A stretch of 64,000 bases of DNA from Lama guanicoe (Eukaryota): the NCBI GenBank assembly GCA_013239625.1, contig MU053652.1, forward strand, positions 8,816,077 to 8,880,076. The letters run 5' to 3'. The position numbers were made by a program, and so were the translations under genes. Positions 62,922 to 64,000 of this stretch are shown here, one piece after another. The notes beneath the pieces were generated by a model. That model had not been told where the DNA came from. It did not search any database and worked only from the letters and a program-made list of their open reading frames with translations. Each line of letters begins with the position of its first letter. Position 1 is the stretch's first letter.

Positions 62922-64000
62922 GTCTCTGGTGAAGGACTAAGAGCTGGGCTCTGGAAACTGACCCTTCTTATTTCCTCCCGTGCATCTTAAGTGTCAGGTG
63001 TTGGATGTGATTAAAATGTGCAGCACCCTCCCCACCGAATCCAGACTGTCTCTCCCTCGTCTCTGCTTTATTTTTCTCTCTAGCCCTTAAGATTAACGCA
63101 CAAGATAGTTCTTTCATCTAACTGTCGCTCTAGAACATTAGCCCCATAAGGGCAGGGCTTGTGTATTTCAAAACTGCTCTATCTCCAGTGCCTGGCGCGT
63201 TGTTACTCGGTAGATTCTGTATTGAATAAACGAATGAGGTCATGGCAGAGAGAGTGATCAGGCTGTTTATAGCAGAGGGAACATCTGTAAACTGGCAAGC
63301 TGGCTTGCAAAAGGCCACTCAAACCAATTACTGAAATAATTAGCAATAAAGAGCCAAAACTCACCGCTTAAAAATACCAAGATTGGAAAAATTAAACCAG
63401 AATTTCATGCCCTTTACCATGGGGTGGAGGGGTGAGGAGGCACTAACTCTAGATCATGGAAGCCAGAGGTTAAACACAGCAAATGCATTAATAGTATCTA
63501 GTAATCTAACCTGTTTCAGCTGTTTCCGTAATTCAGCATGATGCTCAGTTTGGCTAGTTCTCTTCCATCCTTGGGATTTCTTCAGATTCTCCACTGGCAG
63601 CACAAACTTGCAGAATAAAGGGATCTTACAACTCTGTAATAGATGGAGTAAAACAAGTGACCTCTCTCTAAATAAATGCCTTCGTTCCTTCTTGGGAATT
63701 ACTTGTATGTGTTTTATGAGAACAGATAGTTCATTTTGAGAACTTGAAATTTCTAGAAAGCAATTTTTTTCCTCTTTAATTTTAAGAAATGTTTGCGATT
63801 TGCGCTGTTGCGAAACAGCTAGTTTTCTTCTTTGGTTTAATTTTATCACTAATTTTTTTATGTAATTGTAAGATCATTTTCATTTTATAATCTAGGGTTC
63901 CAAATGATAGTGAAGCTTTATTTTTCTAATTGTGTGTGTGTCTGTGTTTTAATCACTTGCCTGGATGCAAATTCCCTGTTACTTTTAAAGAAGAATCAAC

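Noticed and set aside
63454..63849. 131-aa minus-strand ORF containing EHHAE, echoing the CAPS2 NEEHHAE motif expected in the next exon
   Set aside because: Wrong strand, GTG start and no other similarity to CAPS2; a 5-residue coincidence. The true next exon is not in the window.

Overview
Mammalian intron-rich genomic DNA covering the middle of CADPS2 (CAPS2, Ca2+-dependent activator protein for secretion 2) on the + strand. tRNA-Ala-derived SINEs point to a camelid. Seven constitutive coding exons (11163-11271, 12377-12577, 22035-22171, 24435-24622, 44840-44941, 54610-54673, 57855-57978) join by GT-AG splicing with consistent phases into one open frame, running from the PH domain ([15 protein letters not shown]...) to ...[13 protein letters not shown]. 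Two frame-preserving microexons not shown by the ORF track were found by reading the introns: 9 nt at 16572-16580 (Y becomes SGKD) and 21 nt at 60047-60067 (GPAEKET). Both carry neural-splicing motifs and nested alternative splice sites. A candidate recursive (zero-length exon) splice site lies at 20462/20463. The rest is intronic and TE-rich (L1, L2, MIR, LTRs, MER DNA transposons, young SINEs and L1s with target-site duplications), plus a 32/31-bp higher-order minisatellite. Most ORF-track entries are spurious. I see no evidence of a wholly new gene system; the most interesting signals are splicing-level architecture. Gene and repeat family names come from recognition, not from a database search.
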